Below, one piece after another: positions 19,477 to 29,814 of a stretch of DNA of 64,000 bases. Source of the DNA: an uncultured Acidobacteriota bacterium. Lineage in GTDB: Bacteria > Actinomycetota > Acidimicrobiia > Spongiisociales > ZC4RG35. The notes beneath the pieces are model-generated. The model was not told the origin of the DNA, searched no databases, and was given only the letters and a program-made list of their open reading frames with translations. The position numbers and the translations under genes are program-made. Location of the stretch: the NCBI GenBank assembly GCA_963828465.1, contig CAWHEU010000021.1:1-64000 (forward strand), written 5' to 3'. Within the stretch, counting starts at the first letter, position 1. Each line of letters begins with the position of its first letter.

Positions 19477-19534
19477 CGGGCCATGCTACTGAACCGCCAT
19501 TCAGCCCGGCCCGGATTCGGGTTACCGTTGCGGA

Positions 19535-20974
19535 ATGGCGAAAGACCTCGAGCTTTTCATTGCAGGTGAGTGGACAGAGGGGACCGGCGAAGACCACTAC
19601 GAGGTCCATTCCCCCTCCACGGGCGAGCACCTGTACAACGTGCCGAAGGCCTCTCCGGCCGACATCGACCGTGCCGTGGCGGCGGCACGGGAGGCGACCG
19701 AGGAGATGCGGCATTGGACCGCTTTCGAGCGGGCTGATCTCTGCCTTCGTATCTACGACTTGTGGCAAGGCAAGGTCGACGAAGTTGCCCGCATCCTGTC
19801 AATGGAGCAAGGCAAGCCATTTGAGGCAGAGGCCAAAGACGACATCGCCGAGTCCGGTGACTACTTCCAGATCGCCGCCGAAGACGTCAAGCGTCTCAAA
19901 GGCGAGCTGATCCCCACCACCAGCCGGCATCGGCGCATGTTCACGGTCCGCCGCCCGGTCGGGGTCTGGGTGGCGATCACGCCCTGGAACTTCCCGGTGA
20001 TGATTCCCATGGAGTACGTCGGGCCCGGTCTCGCCACAGGGAACGCTGTCATCGTCAAACCTCCAGAGTTCACCTCCTGGGCCTTGCTCGAGATGGCCAA
20101 GGTCTTCGAAGAGGCCGGAGCACCGAAGGGTGCCATTCAGGTTATCCCCGGCGGCGGGGACATCGGCACGCACTTGGTGACTCACGACGGGGTGGACGCG
20201 GTTGGTTTCACAGGCTCGTCCACCACAGGCAAGAAAATCGTCTCGGTCATGGGCCTCAAGCGCTCGATCATGGAGATGTCAGGCAACGGACCGACCGTGG
20301 TCACCGCAGACGCCGATGTGCTCAAGGCCGCGGAGGCGGCTGTCTACGGGGCGTACTACAACGCCGGGCAGGTGTGCGTCGCCACGGAACGGGTGATCGT
20401 CCTCGACGAGGTGCACGATGAGTTCGTGGAGGCGTCGCTCAAGGCCGCCGAGAACGTGCGGCTCGGCGACCCATTCGATGAGGCCACCAACATGGGCCCC
20501 CTTAACAACGAGCCGACGGCCGCCAAGATGGACCGCCACATCGCCGACGCCGTCAACAAAGGCGCCGAGTTGTTGATGGGCGGAAGGAGGGCGTCAGGTT
20601 TTCCCACCGACCTCTATTACGACTTCACCATCCTCGACAGGGTGCCCGAGGCATCGGAGGTGGCGCAGGAGGAGTCGTTCGGACCAGTGCTCCCCATCCT
20701 CAGCGCACGTGACGACGAGGAGGCTGTCGGGGTGGCCAACCGGACGCACCTCGGTCTGCAGGCTGCGGTGTTCACCAACGATCTGACCAAGGCGTTCTGG
20801 TATGCCGATCGGATCCGGTCGGGCACGGTGGTAGTCAACGACTCCACCGATTTCTGGGAGACCTTCCAGCCCTTCGGCGGCGCGGCGGGCACGGACACCG
20901 GTTGGGGGCGCCAGCGGATCGACGAGTTCACCGATCTTCAGACCGTGGTGTTCGTGCTGCGAGAGGAGGAGTAG
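19535..20974 (+). CDS. NAD(P)-dependent aldehyde dehydrogenase
   Basis: ITPWNFP, FTGSS, MEMSGN, NAGQVC, EESFGP. Confidence 0.93.
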   Translation: MAKDLELFIAGEWTEGTGEDHYEVHSPSTGEHLYNVPKASPADIDRAVAAAREATEEMRHWTAFERADLCLRIYDLWQGKVDEVARILSMEQGKPFEAEAKDDIAESGDYFQIAAEDVKRLKGELIPTTSRHRRMFTVRRPVGVWVAITPWNFPVMIPMEYVGPGLATGNAVIVKPPEFTSWALLEMAKVFEEAGAPKGAIQVIPGGGDIGTHLVTHDGVDAVGFTGSSTTGKKIVSVMGLKRSIMEMSGNGPTVVTADADVLKAAEAAVYGAYYNAGQVCVATERVIVLDEVHDEFVEASLKAAENVRLGDPFDEATNMGPLNNEPTAAKMDRHIADAVNKGAELLMGGRRASGFPTDLYYDFTILDRVPEASEVAQEESFGPVLPILSARDDEEAVGVANRTHLGLQAAVFTNDLTKAFWYADRIRSGTVVVNDSTDFWETFQPFGGAAGTDTGWGRQRIDEFTDLQTVVFVLREEE

Positions 20975-20978
20975 CTCG

Positions 20979-21209
20979 CTACTCCCTCATCGTCATCGCC
21001 ATGCCGGCGAAGCCACCACCGAAGGCGCCGAGCAGAATCCCGGGGAGCAACGCCGTCAGCATCGACACGAGGATGTCCTGGTCGGTGATGAGCCAGATCC
21101 CAATGGTCAGCGCGACCAGCGTCACCGGGACGCCGATCATGATTCCCCGGATGATGGCGGGGCCCATCGGGTCGGTATCAGTGCTCTCGTGCTCAGCCAC
21201 CGCGCCCAT
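20979..21209 (-). CDS. Small two-TM membrane protein
   Basis: 76 aa with two hydrophobic helices; fills the gap between convergent genes. Confidence 0.6.
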   Translation of the reverse strand: MGAVAEHESTDTDPMGPAIIRGIMIGVPVTLVALTIGIWLITDQDILVSMLTALLPGILLGAFGGGFAGMAMTMRE

Positions 21210-21220
21210 GATGCCAGAGG

Positions 21221-22489
21221 TCAGCCGACGATTGTCGGCTCGGGGCGCGTGTCGGTGTCGGCTCGCAAGCCCATGCGTCGCACCGCCACGACGAACGGCA
21301 GCCTGATCGCGTAGAGGATGCCGGCCACCACATAGGCGGTCCCGAATGAGTACACATCAGCGACCCGGCCCAGTGCAGGTTGGGCCACCACTCCGCCGGC
21401 GCTTCCCATCAGCGAATTGAACGAGAGCACCGTCGCCCGTTGCTCCGAGGGAATGCAGGCATTCATATACGCCTGCTGCATCGGGCTCGAGAGGGAGGCG
21501 ACCACGGAGAGAAGCGTCAACAGCACTATCGCCACCCAGAATCCGACCGGGATCTCGAGCATTTCGGCCAGCCCCACGCCCACCAGGGCAATGCTCCCGA
21601 CGACGACTTCGAGGATGATGACCGCGGTTCGGGTCTCGACCAGCCCTCGGACGAATTTCACCGAAGCGCCGCCGGCCATCTGGGCGACGGCGAACACTGC
21701 GGCGGCTATCCCAGCCAGATAGGTCGCATTCGGGTCACCGAACAGCTCGAGCAGGTAGGGCTGAAATGCGTAGAAGGCCCAAATGCTCACCCCGGCTGCG
21801 AACGGTGCGCCGAACATGAACATGCGGATGGGAGGATTGCCGAACCCATGTTTGATCGACGCCCGCAGGATGCCGCGAACCTGCTCACCCACCGCCACTC
21901 CCTTGGTCGGCTGATACCCGATGTCGTGCATCCAAAGCCAGGCTGCTCCGATCACGGCAAGTAGGAGCAGCGAGCGGAGTGCGTAGGGAATTCCCAGATT
22001 GACCTGCCCCAGGAACCCGCCACCAACCGTGCCGACCAACATTGCGGCGCCGGCGACGACCTGCCCCCGGCCGAACACCGTCTCGATCCCACCTTCGTAC
22101 CCGGTGGCATGGAGGGCGTCGACCAGCCAGGCCTCGGTGGCGCCGGAAAAGAAGGTGAACCCCAGCCCGATCAACACCGAGACCAGGATCCACCATCCGA
22201 TGGGCGCCTCGAGGTACCAGAGCCCCAGGTAGGCAGCCGTTGTCACGAGAAGCGTCGCCGCACCGAGGATGAACGAGGTTCGCCTGCCGAATGTGTCGGC
22301 GATCACTCCAGTGGGTACCTCGAATATCACCATGCCGGCGGTGTATCCGGCATTGGCGACAAACGCCTCGGTGATGCTGAGCCCAGCATCGAGCAGGAAG
22401 AGGGTGTTGATCCCCCAGATCAGGGAAGCGGCGAGCGTCTGGAGAAGGAGGAGGATCAGATAGGTCCGTTGCACGCGCTCTGGCGTCAT
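21221..22489 (-). CDS. MFS transporter
   Basis: About 12 TMs; FEVPTGVIADTFGRR, SGATEAWLVD. Confidence 0.92.
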   Translation of the reverse strand: MTPERVQRTYLILLLLQTLAASLIWGINTLFLLDAGLSITEAFVANAGYTAGMVIFEVPTGVIADTFGRRTSFILGAATLLVTTAAYLGLWYLEAPIGWWILVSVLIGLGFTFFSGATEAWLVDALHATGYEGGIETVFGRGQVVAGAAMLVGTVGGGFLGQVNLGIPYALRSLLLLAVIGAAWLWMHDIGYQPTKGVAVGEQVRGILRASIKHGFGNPPIRMFMFGAPFAAGVSIWAFYAFQPYLLELFGDPNATYLAGIAAAVFAVAQMAGGASVKFVRGLVETRTAVIILEVVVGSIALVGVGLAEMLEIPVGFWVAIVLLTLLSVVASLSSPMQQAYMNACIPSEQRATVLSFNSLMGSAGGVVAQPALGRVADVYSFGTAYVVAGILYAIRLPFVVAVRRMGLRADTDTRPEPTIVG

Positions 22490-22528
22490 AGCTCACCGAG
22501 GGGGTCTGGCAGTTAGCGTAACGATCCG

Positions 22529-23536
22529 ATGTACACCCCCTACGAACAACGAAAGGGCGAGATTCCTTTCGCCTCCGCCGAATACATCTCCTTCGCCTCA
22601 CGGAACTCGTTCCTGGGTGTCCCCGCGGTCACGATGGACGATCTCGGAGACGGGTCTGTGGTCATCCTCGGTGCCCCCTTCGACTGGGGCACGACCTATC
22701 GGCCCGGTGCGCGCTTCGGGCCCCAGGCGATACGCAACGCCGACTACGGGGCAATGGACGGTTACCGGCCGCACCTTCCCACCGGCCTCGACCCGTTTGA
22801 GACTTTGGGAGTGGTCGACGTGGGGGACGTCTACGTCCGACCGGGTGAGTTGGAGATCTCCATCGGACGGATCGCCGACGCCGTCGAGCTTGTGTCCGCC
22901 GCCGGGAAAGTGCCGATCATCCTCGGAGGGGACCACACGATCACATGGCCCGACGCTCTCGGGGTGGCCCGGGTGCACGGTTTCGGCGAGATCGCCCTCA
23001 TTCATTTTGACGCCCACGCCGACACCGGATTCACCCAGAACGGCTCCCTGTACGGGCACGGCACGCCCATGCGACGGTTGATCGACTCCGGAGCAGTGCC
23101 CGGCCACCGGTTCGTCCAGATCGGCCTGCGTGGCTACTGGCCTGAGCCTGAGGTGATGCAGTGGATGCGTGAGCAGAAAATGCGGTCGTTCCTCATGAAC
23201 GAAATCGTCGAACGGGGTCTCACCGATGTCGTCGACGAGGCCGTGGCCTACTCGCTGGAGGGTGGGGCAAAGGGTGTCTTCATCAGCGTCGACATCGACG
23301 TGGTCGATCCAGGTCTGGCCCCTGGCACCGGAACCCCAGAGCCCGGCGGGCTCGGCTCGCGTGAGCTCCTCGACACAGTGCGGCGACTCTCCCGCGACCT
23401 CAATGTCCTCGGCGCGGACATCGTCGAGGTGTCTCCGCCGTATGACGGACCCGGAGAGCAGACCTCCTATCTGGCGAATCGGGTAGTGCTCGAGGTCTTG
23501 AACGGGATGGCGGAGCGAAAGGTCGCTACTGCTTGA
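22529..23536 (+). CDS. speB: Agmatinase / ureohydrolase
   Basis: RPGARFGP, GGDHTIT, DAHAD, SVDIDVVDP..APGTGTP. Confidence 0.9.
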   Translation: MYTPYEQRKGEIPFASAEYISFASRNSFLGVPAVTMDDLGDGSVVILGAPFDWGTTYRPGARFGPQAIRNADYGAMDGYRPHLPTGLDPFETLGVVDVGDVYVRPGELEISIGRIADAVELVSAAGKVPIILGGDHTITWPDALGVARVHGFGEIALIHFDAHADTGFTQNGSLYGHGTPMRRLIDSGAVPGHRFVQIGLRGYWPEPEVMQWMREQKMRSFLMNEIVERGLTDVVDEAVAYSLEGGAKGVFISVDIDVVDPGLAPGTGTPEPGGLGSRELLDTVRRLSRDLNVLGADIVEVSPPYDGPGEQTSYLANRVVLEVLNGMAERKVATA

Positions 23537-23966
23537 TCAGCTCGATGCTCATCGGATAGTGATAGAGCTCTCCGCGAGAGGCCGCCAATGAGGCCATCAG
23601 GGCGAAGATCAGCTCGAGGATGATCAGGACGAAGAGGAAGATGAAGATCGGGATCGCTACGACGAGCCCGATCACGGTGATCGCAAAGATGACACCGATG
23701 ATTCCCCCCACGATGAAATAGATCAGCAGCGAGAGCTGGAAGTTGAGGGCACCGCGGGCGTGGGGCTCGACAGCCGGGTCATCACGCTTGATCAGCCAGA
23801 CCACCAACGGCCCGACCAGTGAGGGGATGCCGATGACCTGGACAAACGCCGAGGCATGGGCCAGCACCTGCCACATCTGTTGCTCACTGTTCCTCGCTGG
23901 AGGCTGAGCCTGGGGCTGAGGCTGGATCGAGGCTGAGGGTGGAGGTGGCGTCGCCGCTTGCTCCAT
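23526..23966 (-). CDS. DUF4870 membrane protein
   Basis: LAHAS, GPLVVWL, HARGALNFQLS, YHYP. Confidence 0.8.
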   Translation of the reverse strand: MEQAATPPPPSASIQPQPQAQPPARNSEQQMWQVLAHASAFVQVIGIPSLVGPLVVWLIKRDDPAVEPHARGALNFQLSLLIYFIVGGIIGVIFAITVIGLVVAIPIFIFLFVLIILELIFALMASLAASRGELYHYPMSIELIKQ

Positions 23967-24026
23967 CGGAGGCTCCACGGGGGCTTCGTGGGTCCTGCTC
24001 GGCGGGATCCGTGGGCGGACGTTGAG

Positions 24027-24668
24027 TCATGGGTCAATCGTAGGCGTCGATGCGGACCTGTTCTCCCAGACGATCAGTGTGGCCCATCCGTCGTCGGCTT
24101 CGTCCTCGAGATAGTTCTCGAGCAGGCCACGCACTTCGAAGCCATGTGAGAGCTGGAAGGTGAGAGTCGGGTCGCGGAGTTCGCCGGCGACGACGCGACT
24201 CACGTACTCGTCGATGGGCATCGTCCCCTTGTGCTGGAAGTACCCGGGGAGCGACCCACCGGCGATGATGCCCCGCTTGCCATCCCGGATCACCAGGCCC
24301 TTTCGTCTCTCGTACAACATGCCCCCAATCCCACGGCCCCGATACTCGGGGAGGACGGTGATGTCGGTCCCGTAGTACCAGTCGCCGTCCGGGTCGTGGT
24401 TGGCGCACTGGTGCTCGCCGGTTATCCCGGCGATGTCGTGCTGGGGGTGGTCGAAGTCGAAGTCGAGGTAGATCCCGGCGCCCATGCCGACGGGTCGGCC
24501 ATCGGCCAGGGCGACGAAATAGCCCTCCGGGAACACCTCGGCGTAGGCGAGGATGTCCTCCTTCGACAACAGGTCGTAGGGGTTGGCCATTGGGAAGCAG
24601 GTGAGCTCGATGTGCTCCAGGTCAGCCGCCATGCCCGCCTCGAGGTTGACGATCGTCACCTCGCTCAC
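24027..24668 (-). CDS. GNAT N-acetyltransferase
   Basis: VFPEGYFVA, HDPDGDWYYG, YRGRGIG, DPTLTFQL; GTGA overlap with upstream gene. Confidence 0.8.
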   Translation of the reverse strand: MSEVTIVNLEAGMAADLEHIELTCFPMANPYDLLSKEDILAYAEVFPEGYFVALADGRPVGMGAGIYLDFDFDHPQHDIAGITGEHQCANHDPDGDWYYGTDITVLPEYRGRGIGGMLYERRKGLVIRDGKRGIIAGGSLPGYFQHKGTMPIDEYVSRVVAGELRDPTLTFQLSHGFEVRGLLENYLEDEADDGWATLIVWENRSASTPTIDP

Positions 24669-25698
24669 AGACGGAACGACTCCCACGGGTTGTCGCCCGG
24701 GATCCCCCACACCGAGTCGAGCCTCTTCTCCCGGGGCCGGATCACGACGGCGCCACACGTGGCCACATCAGTTGAGCGACGAGGCGCGGCGAGCTATCGA
24801 CGGGTCCGAGAAGAAGCCGTCCAGATCTTGTGCGAGCTCCGTTCCCCGCTCCAGTCTCTCGTCGCTGCCGGCCACGTGCTCGGGGGTGCCGCTCCCCTTC
24901 TTCGAGGCTCGTCCCGAGATCCAGACAGTGGTTGGTGTGCACGAACGGCGTCTCGGTCACGCGGGTCACCTCGATCGTCCCCGGCATGGCCTCGATGTTC
25001 GCCCCGGCACCCTCCGGGCCGATAACGAGGTAGTTGTGGCCACCGGCCAGATCCGCCGTGGCGACCGCATCGATGGCCGCATCGAGGTCGGTCTGCTCGA
25101 GAACCTTGCGAACAACGAAAGGCCAGGTCACACCTGGTTTTCCGATGGAGGTGAGGTTGTTGATGCCGATTCCGATCCCGGCCTCGTTCATCCCGATCTG
25201 CCCGAGACACCCCGCGGTGGTCTGGACCACAGCAGCCGGGCCCGACACCGGGTCCAGTTTCAGCATCAATACGTACTCGCCTGCAGTGGCATGCATGTCC
25301 CAGGTTTGAGCGAATATCCCGTTCTCCGGGTCGATGACAGCGGTGCAGTCGTCCTCGATGGGTGCCCACCCGTCGTGGGCCCGAACCAGGTCGACGAGGT
25401 CGGTGAAGCCCCCGACCACCACCGCCTCTGCGGGCGTGATCCCAGCCGCCTCGGCCAGGGCCAGCATCTCCTCGTACAGGGATGGCGAGTAGTCGTGGTG
25501 ATGGACCAGGGTCTGGTCAGCCAGGGCCAGGACCGTCTCTGCCCCGGCGGAGCGCCCTGCCCAACCTGCGTCACCGGAGAGACCAAGTCGCTCGTCGAGA
25601 TACTCCCGGATCATCGCCTTGCACTCGGTGCCGTGGATGCGCCCGAAGTCGGCGGAGTCGCCGTAGATCTCGAGCACCCTGAGCGGCCCGCTGTTCAT
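24665..25698 (-). CDS. Peptidase C45 / acyl-CoA:amine acyltransferase-like Ntn hydrolase; C-terminal frameshifts
   Basis: D-CT autoprocessing site, AQTWD, IGMNEAG..INNL, HTNH; tail VATCGAVVI in another frame. Confidence 0.8.
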
Positions 25699-25736
25699 CC
25701 TCGCAACGGTAACGGACACCCTCCGCTCACCCCAGC

Positions 25737-25762
25737 GGAACCGAACCGCTGACCCGCTCGTC
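25737..25762 (+). promoter_or_regulatory. Possible ECF sigma promoter for the DUF4349 gene
   Basis: GGAACC-N16-CGTC 40 bp upstream of the start. Confidence 0.4.
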
Positions 25763-25802
25763 CAACCGCCAAGCCCCGAAGGGGCGCCAAGAGGAGAAAC
25801 CA

Positions 25803-26754
25803 ATGAGACGAGTGGCATTGATTCTGGCAATGGGAGTGGCCATCGCTGCTTGCAGCGGTGACGATCAGGCCGCCCAAACCACATCGGTCGGGGAGGCGGC
25901 CGATCGGAGCGAGTTCGCCTCCGGGGAGGAAGGAGTGACCACCACGGCCGGCGCGGAGGCCACCATCCCACCAGGCGATGGCGCGATCGCGGTCGACCTC
26001 GAGGTGGCACAGGATCGCAAGGTGATCCGGCAGGCCCAGATGCAGCTCGAGGCCGACGATACGAGGGCGGCTATCGACCGGATCATCGCCTTGGCCGAGG
26101 CATCGGGTGGTTTCGTCGCCGATGCCACGGTGCACCCGGTGGAGGGTGAAGACGACCAGCCTGCTGCGAATCTGACACTCCGTGTCCCGGCCGCCGAGCT
26201 CACACAGGTGATGACCTCGATCAAGGGCTCGGTGGAGAAGGTGGTCTCGGAGTCACAGGGCGCCCAGGACGTGACCGGGGAGTACATCGACCTGGAGGCG
26301 CGACTCGACCAATCTCGAGGCCCTCGAAGTCGAGCTTCGCGCGCTCCTGACCGAGGTGAGACAGCAGCCCGATGCCGACCCGGACGAGTTGCTCCGTGTC
26401 TACAACGAAGTCTCGAACGTTCGGGGCCAGATCGAGCAAATCCAGGGACAGCTGAATTATCTCGACGATGTCGTCGATCTGGCGACGCTGACCATCGGTC
26501 TCACCCCGACCCCGGCCGTGGTCCCCATCGTGGAGGACACCTGGGAGCCTGTCGAGGTGGCGCGGGACGCTTTGCGCAACCTGGTCGTCGGTCTTCAGGG
26601 TGTGGCGGACTGGGGCATCCACTTCGCTCTCTTCACCCTGCCGATGCTGCTCCTGGTGCTCGGGGTGCCGACTCTGATCGGTCTGATCGGCTACCGGCAG
26701 TGGAAGAAGCGTCGCCCGCCGGCAGCACAGAGCCCGGTGCCAAGCCAGACCTGA
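25803..26754 (+). CDS. DUF4349 lipoprotein; frameshift near 26310
   Basis: Lipobox IAAC, RKVIR, LTLRVP, DVTGEYIDLEARL, coiled coil, C-terminal TM. Confidence 0.8.
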
Positions 26755-26770
26755 GCGACGCGGATCATTC

Positions 26771-26809
26771 GGCGTGAAGATCCGGCCCTATGGGTCGGAT
26801 CTTCACGCC
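26771..26809. terminator. 18-bp stem hairpin between convergent genes (bidirectional terminator)
   Basis: GGCGTGAAGATCCGGCCC-TAT-GGGTCGGATCTTCACGCC. Confidence 0.75.
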
Positions 26810-26823
26810 AGAAGGGGGAGTTC

Positions 26824-27954
26824 TCAGCCCTTCGCCGTGGCGAAGTAGTCGGTGAAGTTGATCTCGTAGTCCCCGGTGTCCTCGATGATCTCCAGACCTT
26901 CCGCCTCGAAGGTCGGTGCGTAGAAATCGATCACCTCTTGATCCACGAACTCCGCCGCCGCCTCGTTGGGAGTCCCGTAGTAGTTCCAGTTGGTGAGGGT
27001 TGCCCCGTTTTCCGCGTCGAGAACGTAGTTCATGAAGGTGAACGCGGTGCACGGGTGCTCGGCGTTGGCCGGCACCGTCATGTTGTCGATCCAGAGTGTC
27101 GCCCCTTCCTCCGGTAGGACGTACTCGAAATCGTCCGGGTTATCCGCTCCGCCGATCCCGACGATCATGTTGCCCGAGTATCCGTGTGACACGGCGACCT
27201 CGCCGGCCACGAGTGCCTCGTCGTACTGGTCCGAGTCGAATGTGGCGATGCCGCCCATACCGGCAGAGATGAGGTCGGATGCCTCCTGGAGATGAGCCAG
27301 GTCGGTGTCATTCAGCGAATAACCCAGGTTCTTCAAGGCCGCCCCCATCGCTTCCCTCGGGTCGTTGAGCACCGAGACCCCGCCGGGAAAGTCTGCCGTC
27401 AGTTCTGGATCGAAGAGGAGGTCCCAGCTGCGGGGGAAGTCCTCGCCGACCACCGAGACATTGACCCCGAGACCGGTGGTGCCGTACTGATAGGCCGCGG
27501 AGTACTCGGGTCCCGGGTCGTAGGGCAACTCGGTGAACTGGGCAGCCAGATTCGCCATATTGGGGACGGCCGTGGTGTTGACCGGGGCGAGGAGACCGGT
27601 ATCGATCATGATGCCAACCATGTAGTCGGAAGGGACTATCAGGTCGTAGACCGCGCCAGCCTGCATCTGGGCGAGCAGGGCCTCGTTGGACTCGTAGAAG
27701 TCTTCGACGACATCGACGCTGTACTGCTCCTCGAAGGCGGTGACCAGATCGGGGTCCATGTACTCGGACCAGTTGTAGAAGTTGAGATCCCCGTCCACTT
27801 CGTCGAGAGCGCAGTCGGCGCCGGTGGCCCCTGCGGGCGATTCGCCCCCTTCGGCCGTGGTGCCGTCTGACCCCCCGCCCTCGTCACCTCCGCAAGCCGC
27901 CACCAGCAGTGCAAGCACCATGATTGAGGCGAAGAGCCTCGCCATCCGTCGCAT
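26824..27954 (-). CDS. potD: Spermidine/putrescine ABC substrate-binding lipoprotein
   Basis: LNFYNWSEY, YESNE, YDLIVPSDYMV, PEEGATLWIDN. Confidence 0.92.
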   Translation of the reverse strand: MRRMARLFASIMVLALLVAACGGDEGGGSDGTTAEGGESPAGATGADCALDEVDGDLNFYNWSEYMDPDLVTAFEEQYSVDVVEDFYESNEALLAQMQAGAVYDLIVPSDYMVGIMIDTGLLAPVNTTAVPNMANLAAQFTELPYDPGPEYSAAYQYGTTGLGVNVSVVGEDFPRSWDLLFDPELTADFPGGVSVLNDPREAMGAALKNLGYSLNDTDLAHLQEASDLISAGMGGIATFDSDQYDEALVAGEVAVSHGYSGNMIVGIGGADNPDDFEYVLPEEGATLWIDNMTVPANAEHPCTAFTFMNYVLDAENGATLTNWNYYGTPNEAAAEFVDQEVIDFYAPTFEAEGLEIIEDTGDYEINFTDYFATAKG

Positions 27955-28030
27955 GGATCCTCCCGGGATTCCGCCTTGTGGTCGACACCTTATCCACGCC
28001 GCAGCGCTTGGCGAGGCAGTCGGGATCCAA

Positions 28031-28912
28031 TCAATTGGCGCTGATCTCCTCGAGGAGAGCTTCGGGATCGGCCAGCCTCTGGCCTCTCGCCTCGGCGCCG
28101 CGCTGGAACCCGAGCGAGATCCCGACCAGCACCATCGAGGCCACCAGCATGACTGTGCTGACCGCGTTGATCAATGGGGTGACGCCTCGTCGCACCAGAC
28201 CGAAGACGTAGACGGGGAGAGTCGTCGACCCCGCTCCAGAGACGAACTGGGTGACCACCACATCATCGAGGGAAAGGGTCAGTGCCAGAAGAGCCCCACC
28301 CGCCACCCCGGGGGCGATCAAAGGGAGGGTCACCTTACGAAACGCCTGCCAGCGGTTGGCGTACAGGTCGGCCGCGGCCTCCTCGAGGGAGCTATCGAGC
28401 TGGGAGAGGCGAGCGCGGACGACGATGGCGACGAATGAGATGCAGAAGGCGATGTGAGAGAGGGTGATGGTGAGAAGTCCGGCAGACAGATTGATTCCCA
28501 GCGCGTCGTCGAGCATTCCAAAGGCTTGGAAGAAGAAGATGAGCAGCATCACGGCCATGGTGACGTCGGGGATGATGATCGGCAGATAGGCGATGCCGTC
28601 CAGTGTCCCCCTGCCCCGGAACCGGTATCGCTCCAGGGCGATGGCCAGCATCGTGCCCAACACCGTCGACACGATGGTGGCGAAGAAGGCCACGATGAGG
28701 GAGTTGCGCAAAGCGCCCATCACCCGCTCGTCCTGGAACATCTCCCCATACCAGCGCAGCGACGGCTCGGTCCAGATCCCGACGTTGGCGTTGTCGTTGA
28801 AGGAGAAGACGATGAGGAGGACGATCGGGGCATAGAAGAAGAGGTAGACCACCCAGGCGTTGAGAGCGAGGAGCCGATCGACCCAACCCCGGGGGCGGGT
28901 TCCCTCGTTCAC
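28031..28912 (-). CDS. potC: Polyamine ABC permease
   Basis: FFYAPI..FSFN, LEEAAADL, LSLDD. Confidence 0.92.
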   Translation of the reverse strand: MNEGTRPRGWVDRLLALNAWVVYLFFYAPIVLLIVFSFNDNANVGIWTEPSLRWYGEMFQDERVMGALRNSLIVAFFATIVSTVLGTMLAIALERYRFRGRGTLDGIAYLPIIIPDVTMAVMLLIFFFQAFGMLDDALGINLSAGLLTITLSHIAFCISFVAIVVRARLSQLDSSLEEAAADLYANRWQAFRKVTLPLIAPGVAGGALLALTLSLDDVVVTQFVSGAGSTTLPVYVFGLVRRGVTPLINAVSTVMLVASMVLVGISLGFQRGAEARGQRLADPEALLEEISAN

Positions 28913-29814
28913 AACGTCCTCGCCCCGGCCCGGAAGTAGAAGAGCGTCGCCAGCAGCATCACGAACATGACTGCGAACGAGAGCGCGGAGCCGAAGGGCC
29001 AGTTGCGGGCGGCCAGGAACTGGCTGACGATGTAATCACCCATCAGCACCGTCCTCGCCCCACCGAGGAGCGCCGGCGTGACGTACGCCCCGAGCGAAGG
29101 GATGAACACGAGGATCGACCCGGCCACCACGCCAGGCATCGAGAGAGGGAGAGTGACCTTGCGAAATGCGGTCCAACCATCGGCGTAGAGATCTCGCGCT
29201 GCCTCGACGAGCCGCCAGTCCATCCGCTCCAGGGCGGCATAGAGGGGAAGGACCATGAACGGCATGAAGCCGTACACGAGCCCGATCAGCACTGCAACGT
29301 TGGTGAACAGGAGGCGGAACGGCTCACCGCCGAGCAACACGCTCAACTGGGAGAGAGGTCCCTCCGAGCCGAGAAGGACCCGCCAGGCGTAGGTCCTGAC
29401 CAGGAAGTTCGACCAGAACGGGATCATCACCAGGATGAGGAGGATGTTTCGCACTCGCGGCGTCCGGGTGGCGATGTAGAACGCGAACGGGTAGCAGACG
29501 ATCAGGCAGATCACCGTGGTGAGGGCGGCCAGGATCAGTGACCTGAGGAATATCTCCAGGACCTCGGTGGAGAACAGCCGTTTGTAGGACTCCAGGTTCC
29601 AGTCTTCGAGCACCGTCTGCCCGGTGGCATCTCGGGTGGCGAACGAATAGACGAACACCAGACCGAGGGGAATGACAAAGAGCAATACCAGATAGATGAA
29701 CGAGGGGAGGGCGATGAGGAATCCCCGCCTCGCCTCTGCTTTCCCCGCCGCATGCTCCAGCTCAGGCGTGACCGGGGCGGTCACCTCGGGATCGGTGACG
29801 GGCGGCGCTGCCAT
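28909..29814 (-). CDS. potB: Polyamine ABC permease
   Basis: PFWSNFLVRTYAW, LVEAARDL, RNWPFGSA. Confidence 0.92.
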   Translation of the reverse strand: MAAPPVTDPEVTAPVTPELEHAAGKAEARRGFLIALPSFIYLVLLFVIPLGLVFVYSFATRDATGQTVLEDWNLESYKRLFSTEVLEIFLRSLILAALTTVICLIVCYPFAFYIATRTPRVRNILLILVMIPFWSNFLVRTYAWRVLLGSEGPLSQLSVLLGGEPFRLLFTNVAVLIGLVYGFMPFMVLPLYAALERMDWRLVEAARDLYADGWTAFRKVTLPLSMPGVVAGSILVFIPSLGAYVTPALLGGARTVLMGDYIVSQFLAARNWPFGSALSFAVMFVMLLATLFYFRAGARTL

